Assembly (NCBI GenBank): GCA_022605425.2
Contig: JAKIMF020000004.1
Location: 682,001 to 746,000, forward strand
Length of the DNA: 64,000 bases
Origin: Hamiltosporidium tvaerminnensis FI-OER-3-3
Lineage: Eukaryota; Fungi; Microsporidia
Direction of reading: 5' to 3'
Of this stretch, positions 26,101-41,400 are shown one piece after another. The notes below the pieces were generated by a model that made no database searches, was not told where the DNA came from, and saw only the letters and a list, made by a program, of their open reading frames with translations. Position 1 is the first letter of the stretch. Every line of letters starts with the position of its first letter. The translations under genes were made by a program, and so were the position numbers.

Positions 26101-28620
26101 ATTTAATAGCTTCTTGATTGAGTTTAAATTATGTTTTAGACCTATATGCTAATACAGTATGAGAATGTTAATTCCTATCTATCTTTTTGATATAACGTTT
26201 TGAATATCTGATATATATAATACTAGGATCTTTAATACACGGTTTTTTCTTCTAATTTATTTGTTAAAATGATTCATTGCGTTTCGAATAAAATAATATT
26301 AATATAGGTTCTGTTTTTTTTGTTTTTGAGTAAAATTTAGTTGGAAATGATATTTTTTGTTGTTGGTTTTTATCAAAACAATACTGTATTATAACTTGAA
26401 ATATGACTTAATCTTATTTTTAGATAAAAAATGATAACACTTGAATTTATTTTTCTCGCAATGTTTCCCTGGTTCCTTTGAAGACTAAAAATAAAGCCTA
26501 TACCTTTTCGTTTTTCTTACCAACCGCGACATTATGTCTCAAGATAAGCCTAGATATCCTTTGATTTATATTGATATCTTTAAAAAAACACATTAGATAG
26601 ACACAAAGAAAATTTTATATAGAATTTTGTACTTCGTATTTTGTACAGAGATCTATTTCAGCTGTAAAAAAATAGAATGGAACACTTCAACTCCCCTGAA
26701 TAAAGCAACGATTCAGAAATATAGACTACTGACCAATCTATTTGATATGAGATATAAAAAGGTCTCTAATTAATGCAGGTTGTTATGTTTGTAAAAAATA
26801 TATACAAAGTATTATACCTGTAGAACATATTGTAAAGTTAGAAATCGAAAGTAGATAATTCAACTTTTAAAAAATTTAAATCTCATTTGAATTTTAATCA
26901 GATCGGGGAATACAATTTCTTAACTGATAATTCGATATTATAGTTTATGTAAAGATTTTTTTCAAAATCTAGCATTTGTTATTTTCTATGTACATGATTA
27001 TATATAGGCATTACATACTTATGGATCTACAATGGAAAATGTCAAGTCTTTAATTTTACGAGATTGCAAATTTTTTGTTTAATTATGTCTTAGATATATC
27101 GAAATAACTATCGAATACTGTTTTACGAGACTAAACCTGGAAAAAAGTATAGGGTAAATATGTTTTGATGCAATCGACTCGCCCTCAATAATTATCTCTT
27201 TTGAGGCAAAGAATTTAGAATCTAATATGTACAATGTAACATTAGAATATAGCGAAAATCGAAGAAATATGTGGAAACATTTACAACTAATTACTTTGAG
27301 GAAAAACATATTCTATACTTTTAGCCTAATTAAAAAATATTTTTATTGTCATAAAGGTTGCTAGATTGTATGCAGCCATGTGAAACAAGTCCACTAACTA
27401 TGATATTTTAAGAATTTATACACTTTTTGAATCTAACATAAAAAAATATTCTAAGCAAAGCGATGATCAAGACTATAAGTATATTCTAAGATATTTTTAA
27501 AATTTCTTTACGCGTTGCTTTAACTTTAATATTCATTAAATGAAAGCTACTTTATAAATTTTTATAGACACCGTGGCATAAACTTAAAATAGAATATAAT
27601 GAATTGCATTGAGTAATTGTCTTTATAGACTGCGAGCTCACATCATTTTAGCCTTAGGCTTATATGGCTCGTGAAAAAAGTTAAAGTTGCATATACGTAC
27701 ATAGAAAAAATATATCGTTTTTAATGTCAAATGAGTCAAATTATGTACAAATACAAAAGTTACAATAAAAACGTAGGATCCTTTACTGCTTGTTTCATTT
27801 GATAAATTAAAAACGCTACTTCGGAGATTTTAAATTAATTAAATGCCTTAGATATTTCAATAAAAAACTATTCGCAAGAAAAATACGTCAAATGTAAAAG
27901 AAATTTAATTCTCACACATCGGAAAAATATTTAGAATTTTCTTAAAATAAAAAGCAGATTAAGAATATGAATACAATTATGAAAGTACATATAAAATAAA
28001 TCATATACTATTCATAGCAAGGTCTAAAAATCAGGCAGTACTACTGGACTATGCAGAGGTAACCGTAAAAAAATAAAAAATCTGACATTATCTAATTAAT
28101 TAATGTTTATTGTTAGCGCGCAAATCGAAATTCTTTGAATCTCATTTATTGGTCACTAATATATATATATTTTTGCATTATTACAGTCTTATACAAATAC
28201 TTTGAAAAGTTTTCGTAAAGACCTTATATATTTGATACGAAAAACCTTGAATGTAAAAAAAAAGCTAAACGAGTATAAATTTGGAAAATATATTCGGCTT
28301 CTGTTATACGCTCTTACAGATTTAAAAGCAAGAATATCTCGAGAATGTGCTACAGAAGAATATTTTAAAACATTTCATAAAATCTTATAGTTTAATGATT
28401 TTTTTCTAAACGTCTGTTCAGTAAAAAATTTCCAACTACAGCAGACTATGATCATATTTTATTTACCTTTATTTTATTCTTATAATATGTATTTTGAAAC
28501 CTTGACACACTATTTTACGAGTCTAAAAATAGTTTTTCTGCATTTTTAACACATTTTATCTTAATTTTTTTACATTTTATCTTTAGGAATTCAACATAAG
28601 CATTTATTTTATCGAAATCG

Positions 28621-28675
28621 TAAATGTAATATAAATGTAATATAAATGTAATATAAATGTAATATAAATGAATAT
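28621..28675 (+). repeat. 11-bp tandem repeat (TAAATGTAATA) x4 plus one degenerate unit
   Basis: Read directly from the sequence. Confidence 0.9.
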
Positions 28676-31212
28676 AATAACAAAATAAATCAACGATAAG
28701 AAAAATGTTTCAGTTACTTTAGTAATAAATTGTTTTAAGCGCTCTTTAAGCTTACTGATTTTCTTTCAAAGATTCTTAGATTCAATATTAAAAAAAGATT
28801 TTGAAAATAGTTTAACCTTTGTTTAGAATTTAAGTAAAGATATTATGGAAATAAGACACTTCGAAAATCATAAAAAAAAATATCAGAAGTCACTTTAGAA
28901 ATATTTAAATTTTAAAAACTTGGTTTCTATGAAGTTTTCTTTGCCGTAATCCAACCAAAAATCTACACACTGTTTTATTTAATTTATATCCATATGATCA
29001 AGTCATTTTAAATAAAATTATTCTTTTGAATTTTTTTTGAAAAAGACTGCCTAATTTATAATATCAAAATTGAGCCTTGAACAGATTAAAATTGCGATTA
29101 TAATAATCTTAAACGTGCTAATCTAGAATAGAATTTTGAAATCATGCTCTTGTTATCTGAAATAAATATATTGAGCTTTGAATAATAGCGTAATTTTAAT
29201 AATGATATCCTTGAATAATTACCCATTTGTTTTACAAATAAAAACAATACAATAAAATATTTTAAGTCAAAATTTTTCATAGCAGAAATTGAACTTTAGT
29301 ATAAAAATATTTTTTTGTAATTTTTGCCTTTTTTACAAACGTGTATTTGAATATTTAGAATTTAGTTTATTTATCGGAAGGTGTTATATAAAAAAAGAAT
29401 ATAAGCTCAAACATCATTCCAGAAAGTTTACAAATAAAAGGAGCATGGATAGATGAGCAAACTACGAACTAGATGATTTTGTACATTTAAGATTTTTATG
29501 TTAGGCATTAAATTTGATTTAAAAATGTTTACTGATCCAAAGGTGATTACATATTAACTCATATAAATTTAAATCTAAATATAATAAAACATTATATCTG
29601 CTCAACAGTTGTAATTATTCTCAATAATTCTAGTGTAAAATAATTTTTAGAATGACTGAAATTTTTCAAAGTTCGGGAAACGTCAATATAGATGTATAAA
29701 AGCCGTAAATCTGGAAATGTATTCAGTGATCTTGACTATTTTTTCTTAATAAATCGTATAGAAAAAACTCCGTATAATTAAATCCTGAACACCATTGTAA
29801 ATTTTATTATAACTTCTTTCAAAAAGATTTCTTTTGCTTTTTTCTGAATAGAAACATTAAATTATTTTGTATTTTACAAACTTAAAAGGCTTTGACTTAT
29901 TGCAGGATTCGAGCCTACTATTCACTCTTTATGTTTTATCTGGCAGCAGAAATTTATTTATTCGTAAACGAAACAAAAAAAAGATTTTTTCTATATTACA
30001 TTAAGAAATCAAATATTAAGCAATTTTTGTTTCTATCTAGACTTGAATAATTTATAAAGATTTTAAATTTTTAAACTAAGTAATAACATTCACTATCATG
30101 TTGTAATTTATATATTTTACTTTGCTTTAATGTAATCTTATACTTTATAATTTTCAGTTTGTTTGTATAACCTATTAGAAGTCTCAAAAAAATTAAAGCA
30201 TATTTTGAAATGTTATTAGATAAGGTCTTTTATAACTTTTAACGGTAAAAGTTTTTAGCTATATATTTCAAAATTTCACTGTTTGTTATATTTGAAATTC
30301 CTCAAAGCGACCTCATCCGTGAATTTAAATATAAGCTAATTTTGCATAGAATATTTTCGTTTCGAAAACATTCATTTTGTGCCAATTTCGGAACCTAAAA
30401 TCGATTTCAAGGGTGCAATTACATATTTTTATACGTCAACTCTTTACGATATAAAAAAAGGTGCTGAGTTTTTATTTTAATATGTTACAGACATATATTC
30501 TCACCATGTAGTTTATGGTTAAAAGCAAATTGTTAAATATCACATCTTTTAGTTGTTAAGCTAAATATTTTATAACAGAATAGAAAATTTGAGCTGGAAG
30601 TTACAAAAAAGTATAAAATTTTTGATTCTTACTTTCTAACCGCACTCTATAAAAAACTTTTTACATATAGGCTTGGATAGATAAAGAAGCCTTTGCTGCC
30701 TAAACTTTTCGTTTTTTGTACCTTTTAGAGAGCAAGATATAAGAATATTTAATTCGAATCTCGTTTTTTACATTCAATTTTATTTAACAGAAAAAAATTC
30801 ATAAATTTTACTGTAGGCTTCATTGCCTGAAGGTGATTTTTTTGAGAAATCGCTTAATTTCCTACTAATTGTATTCTAGAAAAGAATAGTATGGAAGCAA
30901 TTTCAATATATTTTCGACTATTCACAATTACTTTACCCTGAATTTATAGACAGTATGAGGTAAAAATTGCTCTGATATTTAGTTGATTATTCAGAAACAT
31001 TACTTACTCATTCCTGTCTTCTTTTACAAATTGTACTGAATCTATATATGTTACTGGCAATTTCAATAATTGGGAATTCGAGAATTTTTTGGATAACTAT
31101 TTTATAACAACAAAAATAAAAGGTATCTTCTGAAATAAATATTTTAGAAAAAGTGCGTATAATAAAACATCTGCATCTATATTATATTTCATTTTTAGAC
31201 GTCTTGGTATAT

Positions 31213-32420
31213 CAAAGCAGCTTCGTTTTATGTGAAACTTAGAATTACAATGCTTTTCTCTTTTACAGCACTTGCATATTTCAGAAAAACATCCGGGTTT
31301 GCAGCTAATCTAATATAGCCTTAGCCTCGGGTATTTGTAAATTCTTGCACATACTCTTTGTGGAATTCCTGACCTAAGAACTTCTTCGACACCTATAAAC
31401 TTACCTTGCACAATGTAAATTGGTTTTGCATGAAGTTGATTAAGGATCCATGCTAAGGGCTTAGTTTCTCTAGATAAGCCTTTTTAAAATATATTCTGAT
31501 ATTTTTCTAAGATACGTGCGACTTCTGTCAAGATTTGAAACTCATACTTTTATTGTATCACCTTTTTGACAACATAGTATTTTGAATTAGAAACTCGTTG
31601 TAATGTTTCAGCTTGTTTGTTTAGATTGCATGCCGATATATCCCAGATTTTTAATATGTCTTATTTTCGTTTTTTCAAATCGGGATTCACGGTGAACAAA
31701 TCATAGGTTTGATTCGAACTTTTATTATCAGAGACTCGAATATTACTGCGCACTGAACATTATTTCTCTTTTTATGTTATAAAATCAGAAATGTGTTTAA
31801 ATGACTTAAATGAAGATCATCATAACAATCAAACACAAATAGTTCCTTTATATTATGTGGATGTTGTTATATCGGCCGACTAATTTTTAGCGTACTCTCG
31901 TCTATGGTTTGTATATTGTCTTCATCTTTTAATTTTACTTCTAAATCTACTTCAAAATTTATATTTGGAAGAAAATTTATAAGATGAAGAATTTTAAGGC
32001 TAAATTTTAACTTTTTTCTCAACATTTCTTCATATGGCGTACAGTTTATACTACTATGATATTTTCTGTTTTTCATAAAAAAACAAAACGTAATCCGTTC
32101 GGTGATTTTGTACTGTTATTGTCCTGCCGCCATAAAAAAACCCATATTATCTACATCCTGAAATGCACCTTCGAAGAAATCTTTACTTTGAGGGTGTCTA
32201 GGTTTTTCATATATCATCTACAATTTGGGCTCAATGTTACAATTTCTATAATTGTACTGTTTTCAAATTCTCTGTCATAATCTTTTGACTAATACTAGGA
32301 GCACCAAATAGTAAAAGTATCTAGAGACACATAAGCTACTTCTTCTGCACTTTCGCTTTTAGTCTAACGATGATAAATAAGTTGGATTGAATGGTCTTGG
32401 TTAATCCTGATTAATACATA
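31213..32420 (-). pseudogene. Fossil Ginger2/KRBA2-SCAND3-like DDE integrase (DNA transposon relic), not captured as a whole by the ORF track
   Basis: Manual minus-strand translation across frameshifts gives QDH, SAEEVAYVSLDTFT, FGAPSI, D..REF, KPRHPQSKDFFEGAFQDVDNM (cf. GKPRHSQSQGSVERANQD) and KNRKYHSSINCTPYE. A Cys-rich tail SCKPGCFSEICKCCKREKHCNSKFHIKRSC lies at ~31215-31305. Confidence 0.75.
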
Positions 32421-35400
32421 TGATTCATTTTATTGAACTGCTTCTCTATTAAATCAAACTGAAATTAAATCCATGTTTTTAGTTAGTAAGGTTTAAAAAC
32501 GATATCTTTTTTGGTATGTTGTGTTTTTTTTATATGGCAACATAATTTAGATAGATACTATCATCGCTAATGATATATTTTATGCTTTTCATGTATTTCT
32601 TTTTCATGTCGTTTCTACATCTGCTCATAATTTATACATGTGCTACATGCAGACTATAAAATATCTTTTTACGATTTGCATAAAACCTAATATTCTTTTA
32701 GGTCTTCTTAAGAAATAGTTTGCATTTTCCGGCTCTTAATTCAATGTGTAAAACTCGTGAAACGCTGAACATCCAGGGTTTTTTCCTTAATAACTTGCTT
32801 TTAGATATATACTTTTTCCATTAACTAAAAATTTGGCTTTCTCTTAATATTTGAGTATTTTGACTCTTGCGAGTAGCTAATCTATGTATACTTGCGTCTA
32901 AACAAGGCTTCATATCATATATCTGTTAATTTGGCCACCTGTATTTTTTCAAAAAAACAACTAACAGTTAAGATAGAAAGTGTAAAAACAATTCTTAGAA
33001 ACTATGAAGTGTCAGATGGTAGAAATTACGTGTCTAAGATCTTTCGGTTATATGGGCGCAATAATATCTGATGCTGGTTTTAAAATGCGACAAATTTTAA
33101 AGTTACTAGAGAAATTGTGGCGTATTTTTATAAACCTAGCACGTTAAGAAATATTTTTAGATTATAAGAATTTCTCAAATTGCCCGTGACATTTGAATTT
33201 CAATTTTTAAATTAAAAATACATGAGGTAAAAACTATTCCAATAAGACTTAAAATTCTTAGTATAGAGAATAAGATACGTAAATTATCGATCGTACATAT
33301 TAGATATCTAATGAAATTTTATAAACACGTTAAGTTCTAAGGTCTATAGAATATGACATGTATTCAATTCATAGTTTGCAGGTAAATAGATCAAAATATA
33401 TCATTTATTTAAATCAGATATAAAAATGTAAATTTTCAAAGTACTGACGTTCTCAATCTGAATGTTATAATATTGACAAACGATGTGTGTTGTCTTATAT
33501 GCGATCTTTGTCTTGTATACAAAACTTGTTTTCTCCCCTTATAACTATAGAGAAGCTCTAAATATTGTGCTTGGATTCAGATTGTCAGCAAATGAAAATG
33601 AAGATTTTATCATGAGTTTTTAGCTCATAAAAATGTATTGATATAAAAAAGTTATCATGGAAACAAAAAACTGTCTATATACAGATTTAGCTATGATATA
33701 AAACTTTGAATTCTATTACTTAATAGTACATTTCTTCATGGAATTAATAAGTATCTTAAGATAAAGTTTGGTTTAGCTCAGCTTTTCTTGCGAAAATTTT
33801 TGTACCTCAGAATATATTTTATGCATTAGATTTCATTTTTGTCTTTTGTCATACTTTTTATATATTTAATCTTGAATTGTATTATTATATTCCAGACAAT
33901 TGAATTCATTTTCTCTAAATGATGAAAATATCCAAATGTCTTTATATTTATGTTATGAAATTTATGTAAAACTTTTGCTATTGATAATATAATTTCGAAA
34001 TAAGCTCGTAATATTTCTTTTTCATAGGATTTCTAAGCGAAATCATAATTTCCAAGACAATGAATTTTAATAATCATTTTCTCTTGTAATAATTTTTTTT
34101 AATGAAGTATTCGCTCATTACACGTATTTTATATAATATTGTGTATATCTGGTCTATTTAACACTAATCCAAAGAATAATTTGATTAAAGTTTTCTTATC
34201 TGTGCTTTTAAGATATCTTGTACAGTAGAATTAAATCTATCCCAATTGTAGTGTAATTAGGAAAAACAAATATATTTCTATTAAGCTGGGTATTACTATT
34301 GTTTAGCAGTCTAAATCTCTGACTGTAGCGACGAGAAACGTTAGACTGACAATTAATTTGGCTAAAATAAAAATGTCTTAAAATACATAATTCGGACATA
34401 AAACATTGCTCAAATTGATTTTGTTCTCATTAGCATGAAGGAAACAAAAAGGAAGAAAATTAAATTATTTATGGAAAATATTTCTAAGTATTTTTTTTAT
34501 AAATAATTATTTATATAATTCAATAATGTTTCTAAGACGACTAATCCCTCGAAAGGTTTAATTTGTTAAACAGTACAGTACATCTATAAGAGTGCTTCGA
34601 TTAGGATATGTCTTTTTTTATTTGTTCATATATCTAACCAATCAATGTAGAGAGTAGAGCTGAACACAAAATAATTAATTTTATTCTTTGGTTCAAAAAT
34701 TAAAGAATTAAAATTTGTAAATTTCCTTCCAAATTGTAATATTTAGCAAGAATATCTGAATAATTTTCTATTTTTTACTTCGCAAAAAGTTTCAATTGAA
34801 TAAATAAATCATTTTGTTAAGATTTCTTTTCTATGAATTTACAGTTACACAAAAAATTGTATGATAAGATATATGCTTTTCACCATTCTTTTAGGTAATA
34901 TATTTATTTTCTCCATAATGATTGCAGCAAAAAATTTTCTGAGATAGCAACGTGGAACTTTATAACTTATTAAATTAAAAGATTTTTAATGGAAATGAAA
35001 AAGAATTCACAATAAATAAATTAAAAAATAAGATATTTATAAAAGCCCAGTTTTTTGAGAAATTAACATTTCACAACAATAAATTTCTTCATGACAAAGG
35101 GCCGAATGAATATAATAGGTGAAAATTAAATAGAATAAATTTTAAATCCGAGTTGAAGCGCTGAAAATTTCGAAGTAAATAATAAAGATATGAGAAATTG
35201 AAGGTTTAAAAAGCCTGAATTTTCATTCGAAAATTGCTCAAGACGGATAACAATTGGAGATGAAAGACTAAAAAATATACGAGAAACAGACCAGGTGAGA
35301 ATAAGAACTTCTTAGTAAACAGGTAATGAAGCTACGGTTCATTTATCAAGTTAAGATATTTTCGGCGTTTTTTTATGAATGTAAAAGAAAGTTTGATTCT

Positions 35401-38400
35401 ACAAGCTTAACCGATAGTACAATACAAAAGAAAAGAACAAAAATGTATTCTTCATTTTGCTTTGTATGTACATACAAATAAATCTTAAATATATAGTAAA
35501 TTATACGGCCTGTTTTGAATTGAGCCATAACGAAATTCTTATCCAATTTTTAAGTAACTAACACAAATTAACATTTTATAAATGAAACTTTTTGATTTTT
35601 TTTTCGGATAAATTATACAATTGTTTTTCTTACTCTGTGTATTTAGTTTTTAATTAGAATCTCTTTACAAGCTGTCTTCCTGCAAATTTTTTATTACAAG
35701 TTGATTTTAAATTTTCGTATAAAATTTATGCGTCCTAAATTACAATTTTCAAGGCATTTAAATTTTAATTGTGAATCGTAAAAACAAATAAGTCAGGTAC
35801 TGTTCTTTAAATATTACGGGTGGCTCTAGATCAAATATGATGTATTATATTTAGTTCGTAATTCGCAGAAAGTATTTGGCTATCTTTATTATAAATTTCC
35901 ATGAGGATGCAACCTTTGTGTTTGTTAAAACTTTCGAAAAATTCCTAAAGTAACATTTTCTGTGTGATTTTTACCATGCAACGATTTTTTTTTATTTATT
36001 GATGTTTGTAAGAGCCTTAAAGATTATATGAAATAATCCTTAGAAATATATCCGTGACTCGTACCATATATTTGTTATAATGGACCAACTATGCCTTGGA
36101 AATTGGAGATATATAATTTATACATTTTTTTATAGTGTGCTTGATTTTATTATGTTCAATAAAATTTTATATATACGTATAAAAAAAATGCTTGAATGCA
36201 AAAGAGCTCGTAAAGTATCAAAAAAAGTCTTTCTGGAATCTAAGCTATCAATATGATTTGCATTGTTTCAACAAATTTACTAGACTCCGAAATTTTTAAC
36301 CTTCTAACAAAATTTAATTAAAATTTACAGTCTAAAAATCAAATTTTGAAACAAATAAGGATTTTGGAAAGTAAACCAAAATTCTTTGCTATTATACTCT
36401 TATATGGTTTTCCATATATTCACTAGATTATTCAGAATATAAATCAAAACAAACAGTCTGAAGCTTGTGTATATTAAAACATATGATAATTTGGTTTTTT
36501 AATTTTAACTTTACAGCATTTAAGTGTTTTCTATTATCCGCCGCGTCTCATACCTGCGTAAACAAAAGAAATAAAAGACATCAGCTCTCACAATAAATTA
36601 GATTGTTACGAAGTCACTGAGAGTATGAAAGAATTCTGCTATAAATGATAACTTGATCGAAAAGAAAAAAAATGAAAAATCATTGTATTAATTTACTTCC
36701 TAATGTGTTTACTGCCATGTGTCAAGTCTGTATTTTTTTAAAGAGTACATCTTTCCTATTACGTCGAACCAAAAAGCTATTTTATCAGAACAAATTTTTT
36801 ATTGCGATTTAATCCTATAAAGTTTCAAAATCGGTTGCATTTATACTTCTGTTTAGTTTTGTATGGTTCCCATGAGAAAAACGTTTCTAGAAAATTTAAT
36901 TTTTTTTATTAAACATGTAATCGTATAAACATGTTTAATAGAACAATATTTTGCTATTATTTCATTTTTTTTAAAGTTTATAGAAAAAAATATAAATCGG
37001 CCGAGTGAATTCATTAAAAATGAATTTATGAAAAATTACTAAATTTTATAAATGATAATTACAATTATTTTAAAAATATAGTAGTTTCAAATGGCGTGTC
37101 AGGTACTTGCCGTTTATGCTTTAATATAAACTGTTTAAAAATTTCTACGATTATTTTTAAGGCTCGCTTCTTTAATATTAGTTTACATTTAGATTTTTAA
37201 TTGCATATGCACTTAACTAACTTAATATTATTCGACTTTGATTTGTTTTGCCACAACGAAACGACATAATCGCGAATTGGAAGATCCTGTATTTAACAAT
37301 AGTCTATTCTCAGATATAATAAACTAAATTTAATAATATATGCGTGTTAAATCAAATTATAAAAAATACGCTTAAAGACAGTTTTTTTTAATGAATTTAT
37401 TTTTTTAAAATTAAGTTCCGTTTTTAAGCCAAATTTCTTTGTTTGAAATATCTTTTTTAAGTTTTCATACGAAAAAAAGAACTCTAATTCAAAATATTAT
37501 GAATAATGGTTTATAAAAGACCATTTTTCTTAAAAATCCTAAATTAATTTTGCATTAATTTTCCAATTTAAAGTATATTTCTTCTTATTAGCCCTTAAAT
37601 GTTATTATAGTATGTGACGAATGATTGTTCATAATTACAAATGATGATTTTACTAAAGGTTTTTATAAAATTTCTGCACTGCATCTTTCTATCTTGAAAT
37701 TATTATGATATATCTCTTTATGTTGAATAAGTAAGTATAAGTTTGAAAATACTGTGATAATGACAGAACAAGATATATACCACTAAATGGTATAAACTTA
37801 TCTAATAATTTGCCAGTTCTGATTTTAGTTGTTTTTTTTAAATATTCTAAAAAAAGTGTATTTGGGGAAGTTAGAGATCACTGTTTAGTATTTGCTCTGA
37901 CAATTCTATTATGAAGATGTATGATCTTGAACGTGCTCAAACTTAAATAAAATATTCTTCTTTCGGAAGTATCCTAAGTATTTCATGAAATAGGTATGAT
38001 GGTGGCACAACTAAGTAATTAAGATAGATATCATAAAGCATTATGTGGTGCCATGAGATAAAAGTATATTAAATTTTAGATATAAAAGAAGATAGTAGGA
38101 AATTTTTATCTCGATACCAAAAGATTACTGTAAAAACAATTCCAGTTAATTGTAAAAGTCATCATATGAAAACAAACTTTTAGCAAACGTCTACTTTAGT
38201 ATTAACGTGTATTTTAAAGTATATGTTTGGAATTAAAAGGGCTGATCAATTAATACGATGATCACGCTTAAAAGATATTAAAAAGCTTAAGTAATGTAGA
38301 TTTTTAAAAAAATTCAATATTACAAAATTAAACACTTATTTTAAACGAAGAAATGCACAGAATAAATTTTTTGAGTTTATCACCAAAGAGACAATATTGA

Positions 38401-41400
38401 TTCGAATTAAAAAAAAAATTGTTAAAAAAACTTATCACAAGAAATATTAATTGAAAAAAAAATCGTAAAGTGAGCATATAATATGAAACAATCTATTTTC
38501 TATAAATGCTTCTTCTTCTGAAGCTTTTTTGTATAAAAAAATGCTTTTTATGTTTTCAAATACTTAGCATTCGAACGCATAATTAACATGTGGAGCAATA
38601 AATACAGAATTATGATTTGATTTTGTAAAACTAGAATTTGTGGGAATGTTCCGAATATAAAGCAAAATGCTGTACTAATATTACGGTTTGGTGTAATGTA
38701 TATAAGAACAATTATTATTCTTTAATGTGGGAACATTTCCAAGTATGAAAACTTAAAATTTTGTAAATTTATTAATTTACTATCGGTTAACACATTTAGG
38801 CTTTGCTTAACGAATAAACACATGGATTGTCTATATTTCTTAGAAGATAAAAAAAATACACAATTTCTATGTAAAAACATAGAATTTTTAAACACAGAAT
38901 TTAATTTTCATATTTTTTATGTAAACTTATTTCGAAAAAGCAATTTATGACTTTTAACTTTTATATTTTGTTTGGTATACCACATTAGAATATATAAACG
39001 CAATTGGAATTTTTTATTGCCTTAGGTAAAGAATTCCATCTACTAAGTCTGTACATACGCCACATGGTTTTTTACCTATAATAAAAATTCAAAATGATAT
39101 CATATTTTGGACTTTAGTGATACTCTTCAACGCAATATCCTTGCAATATGATCTTACTGCTATCATCAAACTAAGTTTTTAAGATATTAGAAAAAATTAT
39201 TTGTTAAATATTGCATATTTTTTTTTGTAGTTAAATTTTTTCTTTTTTTAACTTAAACATGTAATCTGATAATTTGTGTTTTAAACAAGCAAATGTCTCG
39301 ATAATGTTAAAAATTCTAAGATCTTTTTAGATTTGTTGTGATAAATCGAAAATTTAAATATATACACGAAAAAAAACATATCGGTTATCGAAAATGATAG
39401 TTTGAAAACAATATGGAAAAATATTTGATTCTATTTAAGACTTTACTCTAAATATTTGTTTTTGTAACAAACTCTTTTTGTGGTGGTGAATTATTTTATG
39501 TGTTAAGCTTATGGATCATTAAAGTTTCTAGTCGTGTAAGTCTTCAAACAATGATTTATTGCTAAGATAAATTTCATTGTTTTCTTTTTCGTGTATTTTT
39601 GTGCATTTTGCGTAATAAATAGTTTGATAGAATCAGTAGATTCCTGGAATTATTTTTATAGTAAAAGTGTCGGGTATGTCTCTTTTTCTAATGTTTCTAT
39701 TATTAAGCATACAAAAAATATCGTTATTCTAATTAGTATTACATCAAAAAATACCAAAAGAATTTTTATAAATTTAATATGTTTTGAGAGAAAGTTTTAT
39801 TTTAAATTTCGAATGTTGTTTTTATATTTAAATTTCTCAACGTAGACATAGCTGTTTTCTTTTAACCTAAAAGGTAAATCTAGACATTTATTTAAGGAAT
39901 TAACATTTCATATTAGTTTAGATGGCTTTAATCAAATTCAAGTCTATATAAAAAAATATTTTTACATACTAAAAAATAATACAAAGATTTGGCGATATGC
40001 TTAATGACTGGATTTATTGCAACATTATCTTCTTAATAATCATGTATTTCCACGGCGTATAAGTTATATGGGAGACTAATTTGTTAATTATAACGGAATG
40101 TAATATATTTTCTTACACTGTGTATTATATTTAAAATTCGATTATTTTTAATGTAAAAGTGTTGTAATAGTTTTTTTCATACATTCAAATAATACACATG
40201 CATTACGATATATTCATGTTTTTTTGACAAATGTTTGCGAATACTTTATTGCTGTTCAAGATAAAAAATTGCAATTTTTTTATTTTCTATTTATATAGAA
40301 ATTGTTTTTGTTACAAAACATATCAAAAATTTAAGTCGTACTTTAAAATTATTTATGAAAGAAAGATATCACTTTTAGAACTATCTTCTTGTAACGTTCG
40401 AGAAATCGAATTTATAAAATCAAATTTAAATTTTAAGGGAGATTGAACCACATTGCAATTTTCAAAATTTCTATGGGAATTCATAAAGACAAAGGGTATG
40501 TTCTCTACAAACTTGTTTTTGATTTTTTTCTTTGACTAGATGATATGATTTTAACGTTAGAGTAAACCAATGTGAAATTATAAGCCTTCCCTTGCTCATT
40601 TGAGGTAGAAGTTTGGCGCCGAGAGACACAAAAAAAAATTCAAGAGAGACCAAGAATTACTATTACCAGTTTAATAAGAGTGTATATTTTTTCAAAGTCA
40701 GATAGAATCTCAGTTAAACGTTCAACTAAGTCGCCGCTCTAAGATTACCACAATTAGAACCTGTAAAATATTATAAACTGCTGTAGATTTATAGAACCTA
40801 AAGATCTTTGGACTTTTTATCATACGCCATGCAACCGTATTACAAATCAAGTGGCTAGTACGCAATTTCTTGCTTTCAAAGCAAGCTTTTTAAGGTTAAA
40901 AACATTTTCATTTGAGTAATTAATGAGGTTTAATCAAGCATCGGCAAATTATTTAAGTTTAACTAAGCTTAGATTTGAAGAGTAAAACTATAAATACATA
41001 TACTAATTCTGAACAATTAAAAATTGTATATTTAACTTTATTCTGAAGAACTCTTATAATTTAAAATAATTTTGCCTTTAATCACATGGGTAATTTTGTT
41101 TACTAAAAGTAAAAGTTAGTTTTAAATATAAAAATGCAGATTTGAAATGTTTGGAATATATATGTATGCCAAAAGAGTAAGATTTTAAGCTGTTGTTGAT
41201 TTATGTGCATTATTAAATTTGAAATCAGATCCTAACGAAAGATATGTTAAATATTTTTTGCATTAGTATTGATTATATTAAGGAACATGTATTATTTAGA
41301 GTATAATGTTTTTGTCTTTTTTGGTTGTAAGCTACATGAAAATAGGCTGATTTTACAATATCAGTATCTTATTTCTAAAAGCCTCGAATTTAGATATATA

